Positions 40,005-54,257 of a stretch of DNA of 64,000 bases are shown piece by piece. Numbering within the stretch: the first letter of the stretch is position 1; each line of letters starts with the position of its first letter. This DNA is from Rotaria socialis (lineage: Eukaryota). Made by a program: the position numbers and the translations under genes. The notes beneath the pieces were generated by a model, which did not search any database, was not told the origin of the DNA, and saw only the letters and a program-made list of their open reading frames with translations. The stretch spans positions 1 to 64,000 of the forward strand of contig CAJNYD010000056.1 in NCBI GenBank assembly GCA_905331295.1. The letters run 5' to 3'.

Positions 40005-40997
40005 ATTTAACACTAGTCTTTAATTTTTAATATTTGTTATTTGATCTCAGTCTTTTATTTCTCTCATAATGCGGGTAGAACAGTGATGTTCAGCGAAAAT
40101 TAAAAACAAACGGATCGTTGATGATTGAAAGTCATGAGCATAGTCATGCTTTTTTTCTCTTTGCCATCTTTATGTGTATGTGTATTTATATTTATTTTGT
40201 TTTTCTTCTTTGTATTTGCCTTGAATGTATTATGCATCTTGATATTGACTGTTGTATTAAGGAAACTAATTATCAAAAAGGAAATCTATCTTTATGAAAT
40301 GAATTATTCTGTGAAAAAAATACGAACAAATCTTAAGAACAAAATCGACAACGTCATTCTTCTCATTCAGGATAAACGAATCAGACGCTTTGCTTTGAAG
40401 TTACATTGGATTTATTTTACATTGTATGCATTATTCTTCGACAAAATCTGATTAGTTATTTCATCGTGAAAATGGTTGGAGACTACTATCGTAGAGAAAA
40501 ATAAATAGTTGGGCTTTCTTTTTCTCATTATCAAGTTGTTCGTAGTGCCTACAATGTTCTAGCTTTAATGTAAGAGCCAACATTACTTTTATGTATATTA
40601 ACAAGCAGTAGAGACGATACATTCTCAATGCAGCCGACGAATGTCAGCTCCTCGGTACCGCCGACCTGAATGTGATCTTGTTGTTATTGGATTGTGCTAA
40701 TGTTCTACTCTTGATGTATGGCAGTAACCGTAAAAAAAACTAAAATCCATTAAAACTATCGTTTATCGGCAACATCCTACACAATCGTACAGAGCTGCCA
40801 ACTTTTCAAAATCGAACTACTCAAGAGCAGCTACTACAGTTTTGTACCATTAGGTCTATGAGACTAGTCTGCTATATTTATTTAAAAATAAAATATTCTA
40901 CACAAACAAATTGCAAGTGAAGAATAATACTAACTATACGAGCTTCACTCGGATTCGATGTCTGTAAAGAGAGAGCACATTGTTCAGAAGCCGCCGT

Positions 40998-41750
40998 TCA
41001 ATTGGTCTTAGTTTTGTTCGAATTTTGTTGTTGTTCTTTTTCTGCTATGCGTTTAATGTATTTGTCATGTAATGATGTGAACAAGAGCAAGGAAACCATG
41101 GAACCGATTAAACAACAAAACATATCACTCTGAGTATCCCATATATAACCTTGAGTACCAAGAAAAGCGTCTGCTGCTTCTCCAGTTGCTTCTGCTACTG
41201 CCCATTCAATTAATTCATATTCGGCCGAAAAACTTAATGTAATCGAGACACAAATGAATGCTAATAGCCACGGGCCAGCTTGAATGATTTTTCTTCGTAT
41301 CAAAACTTCACGTACGATCAGTACTGGTATGAAGCCTTGCGCAAAGTGGCCAATCTTATCGTAGTTATTGCGTTGCATATGAAATATATCTCGAAGACGA
41401 TTGAAAAATGGAACTTCAGCATAAGTGTAGTGGGCGCCAATCAAGAGAATAACACAATGAATAAATACAAGCAACTGTACAAGATTTGTAAATTGAAGCT
41501 TCGGCGAAACAAAAATCATCGTAAAAACACCGATCACTGCAGGAAGAATTTCTAAAAACCATACAAACGAATCGCGCGGTTGAATAGATGAACGCACTAG
41601 AATGATAGAGAATGCCAAGAGCAGAAGTACTGCAAGACGACGCGAAGCAGGTGGTAACATCTAGAAATACAGAATTTTTATGATTCTTTATCGTCGTATT
41701 CATAATGCTACGTTTTTTTCAGATTCGGGTTTTTGCTCTTGTTCATACAT
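40998..41750 (-). CDS. yjdF: YjdF/DUF2238-family membrane protein (bacterial-type), probable 2 exons
   Basis: Motifs HYTYAEVP, RNNYDKIGHFAQG, YELIEW, AFLGTQGYIWDTQSDM. Main exon 41660-40998; putative exon 1 41750-41712 joined in phase 0 by a 51-bp GT-AG intron. Confidence 0.85.
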
Positions 41751-44700
41751 ATTCTAATTGCAGGAAAAATCAGATGGTGACAAAATGATTTAAAATATTT
41801 TGCGCAAACGCATGAAAATGAGCAAGCCTATGAGCTAATTAGTATGAAAGAAATATGATAGTTATATCAAACAAAGCTAAATCGAATATGTACATGGGTA
41901 TATTAATTTCGATGGATGAGAGTAGACAGGTTTTGAATTATGCTTGATAATGACTATAAATGAAGCAAGACACTAAAGAGGAGAGAAGACAGGGAGATTA
42001 TTTGAGCAGCTAATTCATAAGAGAGAAAGAAACGAGAGAAAAATAAAACTTAGACGACACATCGAAAGTAACGAAAAAGTGAGTTTAATGTAAGATATAT
42101 TCGAAATACACATCAATAGTAAGTTTATTCCAGTAGACGAAGCAAGAACTATATGATCTGTAACGCATTGCATCACTGTATTGACACTCACAGAAAGACG
42201 CAGAAATTCTAAGTTAAGCAAAGTCGCTGTTATCATGAACAATTCATTTTCTTTATAATAAAAAAAGAGATATTCAGACGAATAACAGCAATTATAAGAT
42301 TTTTCTCTATGATTCTCATCATTAGAAATATTTTTGTAGATAGACTAATGATAGTAATACATTATATGGAATGTGAAGATACGAGATGTAGATGTGGAAT
42401 ATGGATGAGAACACAACCAAGTACTAAAGTTCATCTTAAGCTTTCGGAGCCTGGTTCAATGTAATAGATTAAAATTCTCTAGGCTCGAACATGATCGAAA
42501 CTCAATATGTACTCACAATATCCTAAATAGAATGATCTTATCAATCTTCATAGTAGCTCGGAAAATGCGAGATGTTTCACTTGCTGTTTATCGAGATTTA
42601 GCAACGAGCATGCCCAAAGAATTCTTTCAGACTATTTCCTCATTGATCGATCAACCTAATAGGTTGTCACTATTGAAGTAGCAACTGTTTGAGAAAACCA
42701 GGTTATAGGCTGTAATCGATTTCACGTGTCTTTAGATCTTAACTGTAATTCTCTGGATAGGTTTTTGAGAATCTTCAAAATTCATATTTGCACGTTTTTT
42801 GTCTTTCATGATTTATCTACTACTTTTGGGATAAGCACTGTCGAAATGTTCTGAGTATATACAACAATACGTATTCGCGTTGGTAAGCTAAAGGAAGTAA
42901 TATTATGAGTTTGTAACTATTTCTACTAGACGACAAGCCGAAAAATTCGACTTCATGGATTAAAACTTGAACGAATTTTTTTCTGAAGGGAATCTCAGTA
43001 TGTCTGCATACGCATTCGAACGAACGAACAACCAACTGGATACCATAGAACTAGCATTTTCTCGATATTGGGATCATTAAGACGATTAGAATCACGCTAT
43101 TGCATTCTAATTCAACTTAACAAGTGAAACAGATATAATTATTATTATAACTTCTTGATATTGTTGCGAATTCTCCTTGCGAAGTCTCTATACTTTGGAG
43201 ATTCCGTATTTCTCTGCATAATAGATGATAGATCAAATAATGACTTACACATAAATAAAAGTTGTTCACACATAAATAGGAATGAATTTTTTCATTTGAT
43301 GTTACAGGTTTTATAAATCTATAGAGAAAGGTGTTGCATCTGATATTTGCAGAGTAGCACATGGAAAGAGAAAAAACTTCGCATATTTCTCTCACACAAT
43401 GCATTAAAAACAGAAATAAAACAACAAGAGAGCACCGAGAAAAGCACAACAATGTTCGAGATCAAACACTAAATTGGCTAATTGCATAAACGACAACAAC
43501 GAAGCAATGGGATCCTTTGACAGCATAAAGACGAATAAGAATGAAGCTATTGCGACTTATAAGACAGCAAAAAACAAAAATAGTCTTCCTTATAAATAAC
43601 TATTTGCAACGTAGACTGAAAAACACGTCAAAGATCAAAGATTTGTTTTAAACTCTCATAACTAAATATTGAAGCTATTTGAAAAAGCTAAAAGAAAGTT
43701 CCCTGTGCCAGTAACAGAAACATCTGAAGAGTATCAAGACAAATAAGATAGTGAAGTCAACATCTCCAACAAGAGAATGCCATGACATCTATTCGATTCT
43801 ATAACTCTTATTTTATAGTGCGCCATGCGTTTAATAGTAGCTAAAAATTTTCAATCCACAATAACAAAAAACAATTTGATCAAGAGAGTGAAATGAATCA
43901 TTTCTTTTTTTATTCGCAATCAACAACCAGTATTTGCTACTCGACAGTATTACTGTAGCTTCAAGCAAAGAAACAGAAATAACATTCTATTGAAAACTTG
44001 CTATTATCGTTGACGACAACATTCTTTCGTGTGCTCTGATACATCGTAGTAACAGCAAACTTAAAAAAAAACAGGAGCGGTCAATAAAAAAAGCCACACC
44101 TAAAGATTTTTTTCGGCTTTTAGTCTTTTCTTAACCTGAAGAGGAAGGTTCTTGATGATTTTTAGATTAAGAGGGGCAATTCTATAGAAATTTATGAACT
44201 TACAGTGAAAAAGCTGTTCCATATAGCTTTTCCCCCAGTCTAAGAGATATTTCGTTTTCAACAAGATTCGTTGATATTTTTGTAAGATATTTTTGGATGA
44301 ATATACATCTACTGCTGTACAGGCGATGATGAGGAAAACGAAGATAATACTAATATTTGTATCTCACGTATGAGAAAAACATATTTATTTGGTGAGACAC
44401 ATGACACCATTACTATAATATATTTTCTCATGTAAATGTCATTTTTCAAAATTGATCTGATAATGCAATAGCAACGTTATCGATTGCTCTATGAAAGAAC
44501 AAGCTCAGAATGATGTTGTGAGAGGGCGCCTGCGTCCAGAGAGATACGACCACTATCAAATGCGCAAGTACGAAAGACAGTACTGTTCGGGACAACTATC
44601 GAGGACTCTCTCAAAGTATTTTGCTGTTTAGTTATTCCTGTAAAACTTTCTGAACCGATCAGATGCACCACTCTATTGAGGTCGACGCATGTGAAACTGA

Positions 44701-46277
44701 AAGATTGCCTCTTTTTTCCGTCGCATAAAATGTAGATTTATTGAAAATTAAAAGTTTGTTCAAAGCGGAACAGGACACGAGCTGTCCAAAACTTGCAAGA
44801 AACTTCTCTATCTCCTACAGACAAGCTGAAAAGAAAAATAGTCTTACTTTTTCCTACAAAAATAGAAGTAAAAATGTGGCTGCAGACGCGCTTTATGCAC
44901 GTGATAAAAACAAAACGTCTATGAAGATTGATGTATCATGTAGACACGTAAATATTTGAAGAAGCATTTCATACCTGTCATAATCAAGCTGAAAAGAAAT
45001 ATATTATTATCGTTCTATGTGAAGCATAAGAAAAGTATAATTATCGGTATAGCTCACATGCTTCATAATGCAAAATCAATACAATTAATGAATCAGTTTG
45101 CGCATGAAGCAATCAAACACACATTTAATAGGGCCTGTAATATCTTCAATGGTAAAACAGAAAATATAAAAATAATAGTGAACAAAATGAACATGACACG
45201 TTTCGTTCTAATTTGATTCGATGTCACTGTAACTACATAGTTCGATATTAATCATTCAGATGAAATAAACTATTCGAATACAAGAAGGTCACATCTTTCA
45301 ACGCATGAAAAAATTTTCAAGACCTGTCGAAGATCAAGATGATGCAATTAGCAGCGAAACGAGTTATGAGTAGTCAGTAGCAGTGCATGCAGAAATATAT
45401 TTCCACGTTCCAAGTGTATTTTCACTGACTTTACCCAATAATATAATCAAATATTTTGTAATAGAAATTATTGCTGCAAAACATTTTGTAGGAGGACATT
45501 ATAAGCTACATAGATCGATTGTTTTGTGGAACTCACGTATATTTTTGAAGAAAATAGTAAGTGTAAGTTTAAGGGGCAGAATTTTGCGGCTCCCCCTCCC
45601 CCTCCCCTTACAGACATGCTCACCATTACAGACATTAAAAGCTAATTATTAATTAGAATAAAAAATTTTAAAAATGAAGGAAAAACGAAAAAATAGGAAA
45701 ATTGCGAAAGCAAAAAGGGCGCCAATCAAAATACAATAATCTTTTGAAAATGTAAAAATAAATGAGAGAGATTTTGCTGTGATGATTAATTATTTTGAAA
45801 AATCAGTAGTCTGAGAAATTTTTCATTTTATACATTTTTATTGGTTTATCGAGGCTTCAAGGAAATACGTGAGTTTCACATTTTAGCCCCAAAGGGGCAG
45901 CGCTGAATAGCTTTTTTCAATGTATTCGGCACAGATCCATTCTGGAAGTTGTGTTAAGAAAATTTGTTTGTTGCATATCTATCAAATTAATTCTAGTAAA
46001 ATACCTTTTTTAAATTTGCAAAAGGGCCCACTGTACAAGTACAGAAGATTTATAGATCCATTGTCATCATCAACTCTGTGAGTTACGCAAGATAATTTTT
46101 TGACCACAATTCTATTTATTCGATACAACTTTTTCTGACAGTAAATTAACTTGGTTATTGGTATGTTCTATTTTTTTCTCCGTCAACAGTTTTATTAAAC
46201 TTGGTCAATAACTATAATGACACGATCAAGAATTACGCAAAGCTTCGACTGTTTTATATTTGTGAAGTAGTTTTACC

Positions 46278-46482
46278 TTCGTTTTGTTCCGGTCTAAATC
46301 AAATCAGATGATAAAAAAGCAATAATCGAAAAATTTATTAAAAATAAAATGCATTCAAAATTTCTTTTGCTCATAGGACAACTGGTGCTCGACATTGTCG
46401 AAAAACAAAAGAAATAGAGAAGACGCTGGTAAACAACCTTTTGAATCAAGATTCACAACTGATAAATTAGAGCAAACACTAG
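46278..46482 (+). pseudogene. Diverged inverted fragment of the last intron/exon of the mucin-like gene (~22065-21865)
   Basis: TTCCGGTCTAAAT..ATCAGATGATA...AAATAAAATGCATTCAAA...ATAGGA...CTGGTGCTCGAC...AAGAAATAGAGAAGA is shared; 2-nt insertion relative to source. Confidence 0.8.
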
Positions 46483-46620
46483 CCGCCGCAGTGGAAAATT
46501 TAAGATTTTTGGAGCCGTCGCCGCCGTCCCCTATCATTGATATTGTCAATTTTTATTTATATTTTCATTTTTTTAATGAATTTCGAAGTTTTTATTCATT
46601 TTTCATCTCAATATGATATA

Positions 46621-47492
46621 TAGAGATGCACCAATTCCTACTACATGGTCTGATAGACGACATTTGTGCCTGACAAAGAACACAGTTTTCCGCTGATTCC
46701 ATAGAGCGGTCAAGATCAATTTTTTCGCCTTCTTTGAAACCATAGTCGGAATTTATGAAAGATTTTAAAAAATACTTCGGATTTTACGTGGATTTTACAT
46801 AAAATTAGAATTTTCAAATTTTATTGGGCCAAATGCTTTGAAATCTAACTCAATTTCAGACTGAAAGTTTGTATTAGACAAAATCTAGCGGCGGTTCCAT
46901 GGGGTGGCTGAGGGGGATTAAGTTCCCTCAGGTAATTTTTAGCCGGCCATGAATCCCTCCCAGTGCAAAATCCTGGCTACGGCGTTAACAAAATCTAAGA
47001 ATTGACTTGAAGAGCGCGTTCAAAACTGAACAGAAATAATATGAAAAAAGATGCTCGGCTGATAAGTGCGAATGACGAGCATGCTCTTTTTATACAGGGG
47101 GAAAAAACAATTCCTAGAATTTTTGATCTAATGTTTGCTTGTTTTCAGTATCGAGAGCTATCGACCGAGCATCTTTTTTCATATTATTTCTGTTCAATTT
47201 TGAATGCTTTCTTCAAATATATTCTTAAATCTTGCCTAGTACAAAGGACAAGTCTGAAATTGAGTTGAATTTTGCATAATTTAAGCGCACAAAACTTGCA
47301 AATTCTAATTCTATGTAAAAATCCAGGTAAAATCCGAAGCCTTGTTAAAATCTTTCATAAATCCCGACTGCAGCTTCGGATGGAGCGAAAAAATCTAACC
47401 TTGACTAGTCTATGAAATAAGCGGATAACTGCATTTTTCATCAGGTAAAAATATCATCTGCGGACCATGTACTAGGAATTGGTGTATCCCTA
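46621..47492. mobile_element. hAT-like non-autonomous element with ~190 bp TIRs
   Basis: TAGAGATGCACCAATTCCTA... / ...TAGGAATTGGTGTATCCCTA; arms ~46621-46813 and ~47300-47492; no TSD retained. Confidence 0.8.
46886..46987. mobile_element. 102-bp hAT-like MITE nested in the previous element
   Basis: Exact 8-bp TSD ACAAAATC (46878-46885, 46988-46995); imperfect TIRs TAGCGGCGGTTCCA / TGGCTACGGCGTTA; GC-rich. Confidence 0.8.
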
Positions 47493-48213
47493 ATTTATTT
47501 AAATGTACTTTATTTCTTATGTCAAGATGTAAAATAAAGTTGTTTCACATATTTGTTTGAAAATATTAACGATAAGATATTGCAATAGACAGACTGTTCT
47601 TGTTCACAAAACTAGTCCTTTTTTAACCTTCCAGGCGCCGCCGATGAGCACCTCGGCTAACACCTCTATCTGTGGTACATTTTCAACAACTCAATGGTGA
47701 ATGATCTTTTTTTGTAAAATCGTGTGATACTATTTTTTCGCGTTTTGTAAGTCTTGTATATGAAATCCATGTGAAATAAATAATAGGTCATCGATGAAAA
47801 GAATTCTACTAAAAACATTATTAGAATAAAGCATCTGATCATAGCACCAAACGAACTTAATAGAAACCGCCGGTAACCGCCGGTTTTTTTGCGGTTTCGA
47901 TCACATGGAATATCATTCATGAAATTAGGCAACTTACTGGCGCCATCTGTAACAGTCACCGGAAAACAAATAGTATTAAAAATAGATCTTTTGTCATATC
48001 CGGTAGTTCAAATTTTATCATTCACAAAAAGATAGCTCAATGTATTTGATGTTTACGTAGTGGAGATCTCTAGATGAAATGTTATTGGTCACAAACATTT
48101 GACCATATGAGTGTGTATGTTGGCAAGCATACATACATCATCTAGCGTATGCAATTGATGATGTTTTGATTCAATATTTTATTATATTATAGCAAGTTCT
48201 TTTAAATTTCAAA

Positions 48214-51200
48214 ATGGGTGCACAATATTCTTCCTTAAACGATATTAAAACGAACGAATATATATCTCGTTTCATCAGTGAAGAAGCTATATCAGCAAAG
48301 GATCCATTTTGGAATCAATTTCTTTCTTTTAGTCAACAATCTCCATTCACACCGTAAGAAAAGTGCCATTGATATATCCAAAACAGTCGAAAAAGATAAT
48401 TTCTATTTCTTCTAGAACATACTCAAAATTACTTGATGAGTCATGTTTAATACATCTCCAACAGTTTGTCTTGAATAATCCAAAAACCAAAAATTATGGA
48501 ACATTAATTGAAGTATTTATTCGTTTCGCTAACATCATTCATGATGATTGTAAAAAGTATGCTTAAAAAAATACATTATTCTCAAGTGATATTTTATTCT
48601 ATTTTTCAGTTATATTGTTATAAGTCAAACACATAATGCTTTATTTATTCTTCGTTTAATAACAAAACATCTTATTGAAATCGATTGTGAACAAAATCTT
48701 TATCCATATTTTTTACCACAAGATACTTCAACTGAACGCCCATCATTAATGACTGCATTTGTTGACACATTATTTCGTACTACAATCACTCAACCTGTTG
48801 AACCAGATTCATATAGTTTACATTTGGAAGTACTAAATACGTTACTTTCATTATTATCTATTCAAATGTGTGCGAAAGAAGATGTACTTATTAGTGCTGT
48901 CTATAGTATTTTTATGCATAGACTTGAGTATGTATATATTTTTATAAAAAATATTTTCGAACGAAAATTTGTCTAGTTCATTATTAATATCGGAATTTAC
49001 ACGAACTGTATTAGAACATTTTATCAAGCAAACTGAATGTCCATCATGGTTATCCGCTGATTCATTTGATAGATCAAAAAATGATAGTGGAGGTTTATTT
49101 AAAATTGGACAGAGTGTTGCAAGTAAGCTTAACGATATGCTTGTTTAGTTTTATAGCGTGTCTGTTGCAAATCATTCAATGGATTGTAGATATTTTTTTT
49201 CTTTACCATAAGAAAAGAGTTATAGTCATATGTAATAGACTAAAATAGGGGTGTTTGTGTGTAAGAATAAAATTAACGTGAACCTTGAAATATTATTTTC
49301 TTTACAACACGAGTAACTTTGCTTAGGGACTTTCGTAGAACAGTCGAAATGAAATATATATATATATATATATATATAGGCATAATGTCATCCATTTACG
49401 GAATACATAAAAACTCTAATATATCTGTCTCATGAGAGAACTCGTTTTTGATTGATGCGTTTTGAAGACAGACTGAGCACTAATGAACGATGGAATTACA
49501 TTTTTATGATGTTCTTCTCGCTGAATGTCTTTCGGCGTGTTCAGCTTCTCTTGATCACATTTTAGCATAGCAAACGAATATTTATAGATTCTGACATGAT
49601 TTTCCAGTACGAATTGCAAAGATAGTTTCTCTGATATTTCTGAGAAAGATTCCGACATTTACCTATAATGCAGTAAATTCTAGAGTGATTCATCGTTTTC
49701 AATATAAAAGCAATTATGAATGAATGTGAAAACACAGCTGGGGATATTAAGTGAATTTTGAAGAACATTTAACTGATTAGTCATTGGCAACTCTCACTTA
49801 TTAATTATTAGATTCTTGTCTAAAACATAACTGAATCATCTTATACAAAAAAGCATCAACGTATGTTTTGATTTCGCTGTTGAAACTAAAATCTACACAG
49901 AATCTGGTCCAAGATTTTATTTTATTTTTATGTATAGGATAATGATCGGAGTTTTTTTTCATCCCAAGTATTATCGATAAGGCTTCTACTATGTTCAATA
50001 CAGTTTTACTAATGCCAATATTTTAAATAAACTACATTCGACAGACTAAAAGTTACTTCAACTTCGATTACGATTGTTTTTGAATATTCTCTAACGATCC
50101 AACTTCATATTTTTATAATATCCATCAATGAAATAAAGATCTAACTAATATCATTTATTCGAAGTCGGAAATGAGATTCACTCCTAATCATATTCCTTGA
50201 TGAGATCTCGTTGATAATTAGTTTCAATTTGTGCTTCTTTTTTTCATTCAATAGGTAGTTTTTGGTCAGTAGTCACTCTTGGTATGGGTTCATCAACAAC
50301 ACCAGCTGTTGCCGAAGCAACAGTAACACCAATCGATTCAAAAAATACTCTTCGTAATCATCATTTAGCAAATCAAAGTATTCATTTACTGTTGATTCTA
50401 AGTAATCATTTTACGAATGATCTACATCGAAATCCTTATCGATTAGCTCTATTACATTTCACTGATACACAAGGCAAGAACATCAAGTAGAAGAATAACC
50501 GCGTTTTAAATTGATTTCTATCATTTCTCTAGATACTCCAACAAATTTGCCGGATTCAGAACCATTACCATGGTTTTCTATTGATTATCATTCATTATAT
50601 GATGTGCTTTGTCAAACAGTACATACAGATCAAAGTACAATATTACTTTATATGTTACTTCATCGGAATCAACATTTTAAAGCTTACGTTATATCAAGAA
50701 CAAATATTGATCAAATTGTAAAGAATTTTTTCTTTTTATTAAATTATTCTAAATGTTCGTGTTTTTGTTTTTTCTCTCTCTTTCTCAAAAGGTACTACCA
50801 ATTCTACGAGTTATCTATACAGCTACGGAACGAAATTCTCATCATGTTTATATGTCATTAATTATACTTTTGATCTTGTCCGAAGATGATTATTTTAATA
50901 GAACTGTTCATGATATTAAATTGAAGAAGCTTTCCTGGTAAATTAGATTCTATGAATGAGCTAAAGAGATTTTTAATATTTAAAACATACTATATACGCA
51001 TAGATTAGTCTATCAGTTCTCACGGAAAAAAGAGAGAAAATCTCCAAAGATTCAATCGGTGTTTATTTGAGATGATTATTATTTGATTAGCCTCGATAAG
51101 TATTATCTATTTTCAAAGGTTGGAATTTTGCACTAGCACTCCGTCCATATAGAAGCCTCATACTTGCTAGAAACATATTTTGTTTGATTAATCATCATGA

Positions 51201-52736
51201 ATAATCAAACGAAAAGCAATACGCACAGTTAGAAATATTCTCTGAATAGAATCGAAACTGAAAATAACCTATTGAAGTGTATATTTGACTATCGTCAAGT
51301 ATGAGAATCGGCGCTTTTTCTAAATCCTTTGGCAAGATTTTCTTTTTAGTTGCATTACTGTAAATATATTTGCGAGATACGCATGTATTCACGACCAAAG
51401 TGACCCTCCGGTATATTTTAGCTATACTATTTTGATATTTGTAACTGAAATAAATGCAAGATATTTTCAAAGCTCATTATTAAAGAATAAATATGAAAAA
51501 CAAATCCGGTGTTGCCATATGACAACATTTCCCCCTAGGGGGGGGTACGGCAATTTCCAAACAGCGGGCCGGAAAGGATTAAATTATATCAGGGGCGCGT
51601 AAAACGACTTGTTTTAAGTTTTTGGAATAGATGAGATTTATCAATCTGCCTGTAGTTTAGTACCTTGATTCAAAAGGCTAAGATATATTTTTCTTCTTTT
51701 AAACTAGTGGAGACATGACAATCATTTCTTTGCTTTTCAACGAATCAATCAACTACTATATTCTATTGCAGGTATACCGAACGATCAATAAATGAAGTAA
51801 CACTGGGTGGCTTACTAATCTCTATAGTTCTTCGTACAATCCAATTTAATATTGCACGTATGCGTGACAAATATCTTCATACAAATTGTCTTGCTACATT
51901 AGCAAATATGTCGTCACAATTTCAAAATCTACATACATATATAACACAAAGAATTATTTCCCTATTTAATTCTCTGTCACGTAAACATTCGAAAATCTTA
52001 GATGTTATACAGCAACAATCGAAACAAGACGACACGGAATCAGTTACAGTTCTAACAAATAATATTCAATCAGTAGCATCAAATGATGAAAGCTTCAATG
52101 AAAATATTCAAGATCTATCGATTATTGAAGATGTTATGAGAATGATTTTAGAGATCATCAATTCTTGTTTAACTCATACACTTCGATATAATGTTAATCT
52201 TATATATGCTTTACTTTACAATAGAGAGATATTTGATTATTACAGAACACATCCAAGTTTTCAAGATATTTTACAAAATATAGATACGGTAAGAAAATTT
52301 GTCTTGGTTCATCTGACAGTTTTTGTTTTTTTTAAATAATATTTTAAATTTAGGTCATTACATTTTTTGCTGAAAAAATTGACCAGCTAGAACAACGTTC
52401 AGCTGAATATATTAAAGAAACATTAGAAATTAATGTTAAACAATTTCCATTAGACCGGCTAAAAGTAATTTTATTACGATTTCGCTCTGGTAAATATTTC
52501 GTTTGATTTGTTTTTCAAGAAATTCCCAGACTTGAAATTTAAATATGTGGAAGAAGAACAACCAGAAGACTTTTTCGTTCCTTACATTTGGAGTTTAGGT
52601 ATACAAATTTTTGTTTTTATCTCTACATTTAAAGTGAATTCGTGTTTCTTTTTTAAATTTAGTTCATAAATCGTGCAATTTTCATTGGTCATCAGAATCA
52701 GCTCTCATGTTTTTACAACAACCGTCGGACTCTTAA
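48214..52736 (+). CDS. DYM: Dymeclin (multi-exon)
   Basis: MGAQYSS (myristoylation-type start)...[79 protein letters not shown]. Confidence 0.95.
51506..51582. mobile_element. Orphan piggyBac-like right terminus in dymeclin intron
   Basis: TGTTGCCATATGACAACA motif nearly identical to that in the 13844-14865 element, then GGCCGGAAAGGA-TTAA; left end not found. Confidence 0.5.
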
Positions 52737-52888
52737 GGATGAAAGTTTCTCTTTTTTAAGGATTTTTTTCTCTTATAACTGGGTACTGTGTATTTGCGCT
52801 TCCTTTTCTTTGGTTCTATTTCCAAATTGCATATGAAAAAATAATCATAATAAAAAGAAATTTTAGATTTTAAATAGAAGTATTTATT

Positions 52889-54097
52889 ATGAATTACTCG
52901 GCAAATGATCCAGATGATTTGGTACGGAAAAAAATTGATTTGAATCATATTACAAATATGAGTAAGTTGATATGTTCGTTTTGTCTTGGTTTTAAAAATA
53001 AAGCGATTAAGTTAAGAATGAAAGCAGCGAGTAAAACGTTTTTAAGTTTTAATAGATTGCATATAATGACCGCTTGAAAAAATCTTATAAATAGAATGTA
53101 GCACATTCTGCATGTCTATCATAATTATCTCTCGAGTGGATTGTTCTTATATGTACTGGTTTAAATATTTTCTTCTATCACAGATTTACTTGTAGGCGCA
53201 CTAGAATTTATTTTAATCTTTCTCGACCAAGGTAAAGTTCGATTGAGCACACTCTTTGTCTTTTTATTTCTCATTAAATGCATTAAGATTTACAATAACT
53301 ACGGTATTATAGACAAAATCATTGCATAAGTACTTCTAATAAAAATAACTCGAACTCTTCAGATATCGTTTATAATGAATTGAATTGTAAATTAAAAGTC
53401 ATCAAGTGAAAAAAATCACTGTAACTGGAGTAGATTTTAAAATTGTAATTCAATTGATAGATTCCTCTCGTTTTTAGGTCATCAAATGCATGTGCCCGAA
53501 ACAATTACAGTTGGTCCTAATCGATCAACTGCACCTCGTCTCTATCATGACGATGATCGATTACCTGTTCGTATGGAAGTACCAAACACTATTCGACTTG
53601 GTTAGAAAAACCGCTCTATGGTTTTCTGATGACTATTTCTCTTATTTTAGCGGGTCATACCGATATGGAAACGTCTCATGGTACGAATAATTCAACAAGC
53701 AATGATCAAAATCGTTTATCGGATTTAATTGCACAACAAAATACATTTCATTCATCAGATAATGATCCGTTAAGTGATGATGATTATACAACAATTGATA
53801 AGCCTGATCATAGTCAACCATATCAGCCAATCAAATTAGCTGAATCGTAAGATTTACTATTGAGCAAAACAAAATAATAGAAATTTTAACTTGTTTTTTA
53901 GATGGCATATGGAGTCATTTACAGAAATTGATGATAAACAAGTGTTAAATAAACTTCAATTACTTCACAATCGTATTACTCGTATTGAACGAACGTTGGC
54001 AAGACGAGATTTTCGTGATCGATTTGTTTATACGTTTATGATTGGTTATATACTTCTTCAAGCTTTATTTTCTGTTCGTCGTTCAATGCTTAACTAA
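52889..54097 (+). CDS. MFF: Mitochondrial fission factor (Mff/Tango11)-like tail-anchored protein
   Basis: Exon 1 (52889-52961) joins 53478 to give NMSHQMHVPETITVG; second repeat MEVPNTIRLAG; C-terminal coiled coil LHNRITRIE plus terminal TM helix. Confidence 0.75.
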
Positions 54098-54257
54098 AGA
54101 TAAAAAGCAGCACCCCAACATATTTGATTTTCCATTTGTTTTCTTTGTTCTTTGTCATGTGTAAAAAAAATCTTATTTTTCTCGCTGTTGGCGCAGTAAA
54201 ATTCTACGAAGCAAAACAAAAATTGACTTACATTCATTTCAGATTCTATCATCTCAA

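Noticed and set aside
42540..43120. Coding-like decayed sequence on plus strand
   Set aside because: Fragmented by stops; cannot assign a family without a search.
47864..47952. GC-rich palindrome and GGCGCCATCT motif as dymeclin promoter elements
   Set aside because: Plausible but too short to support; may derive from a repeat.
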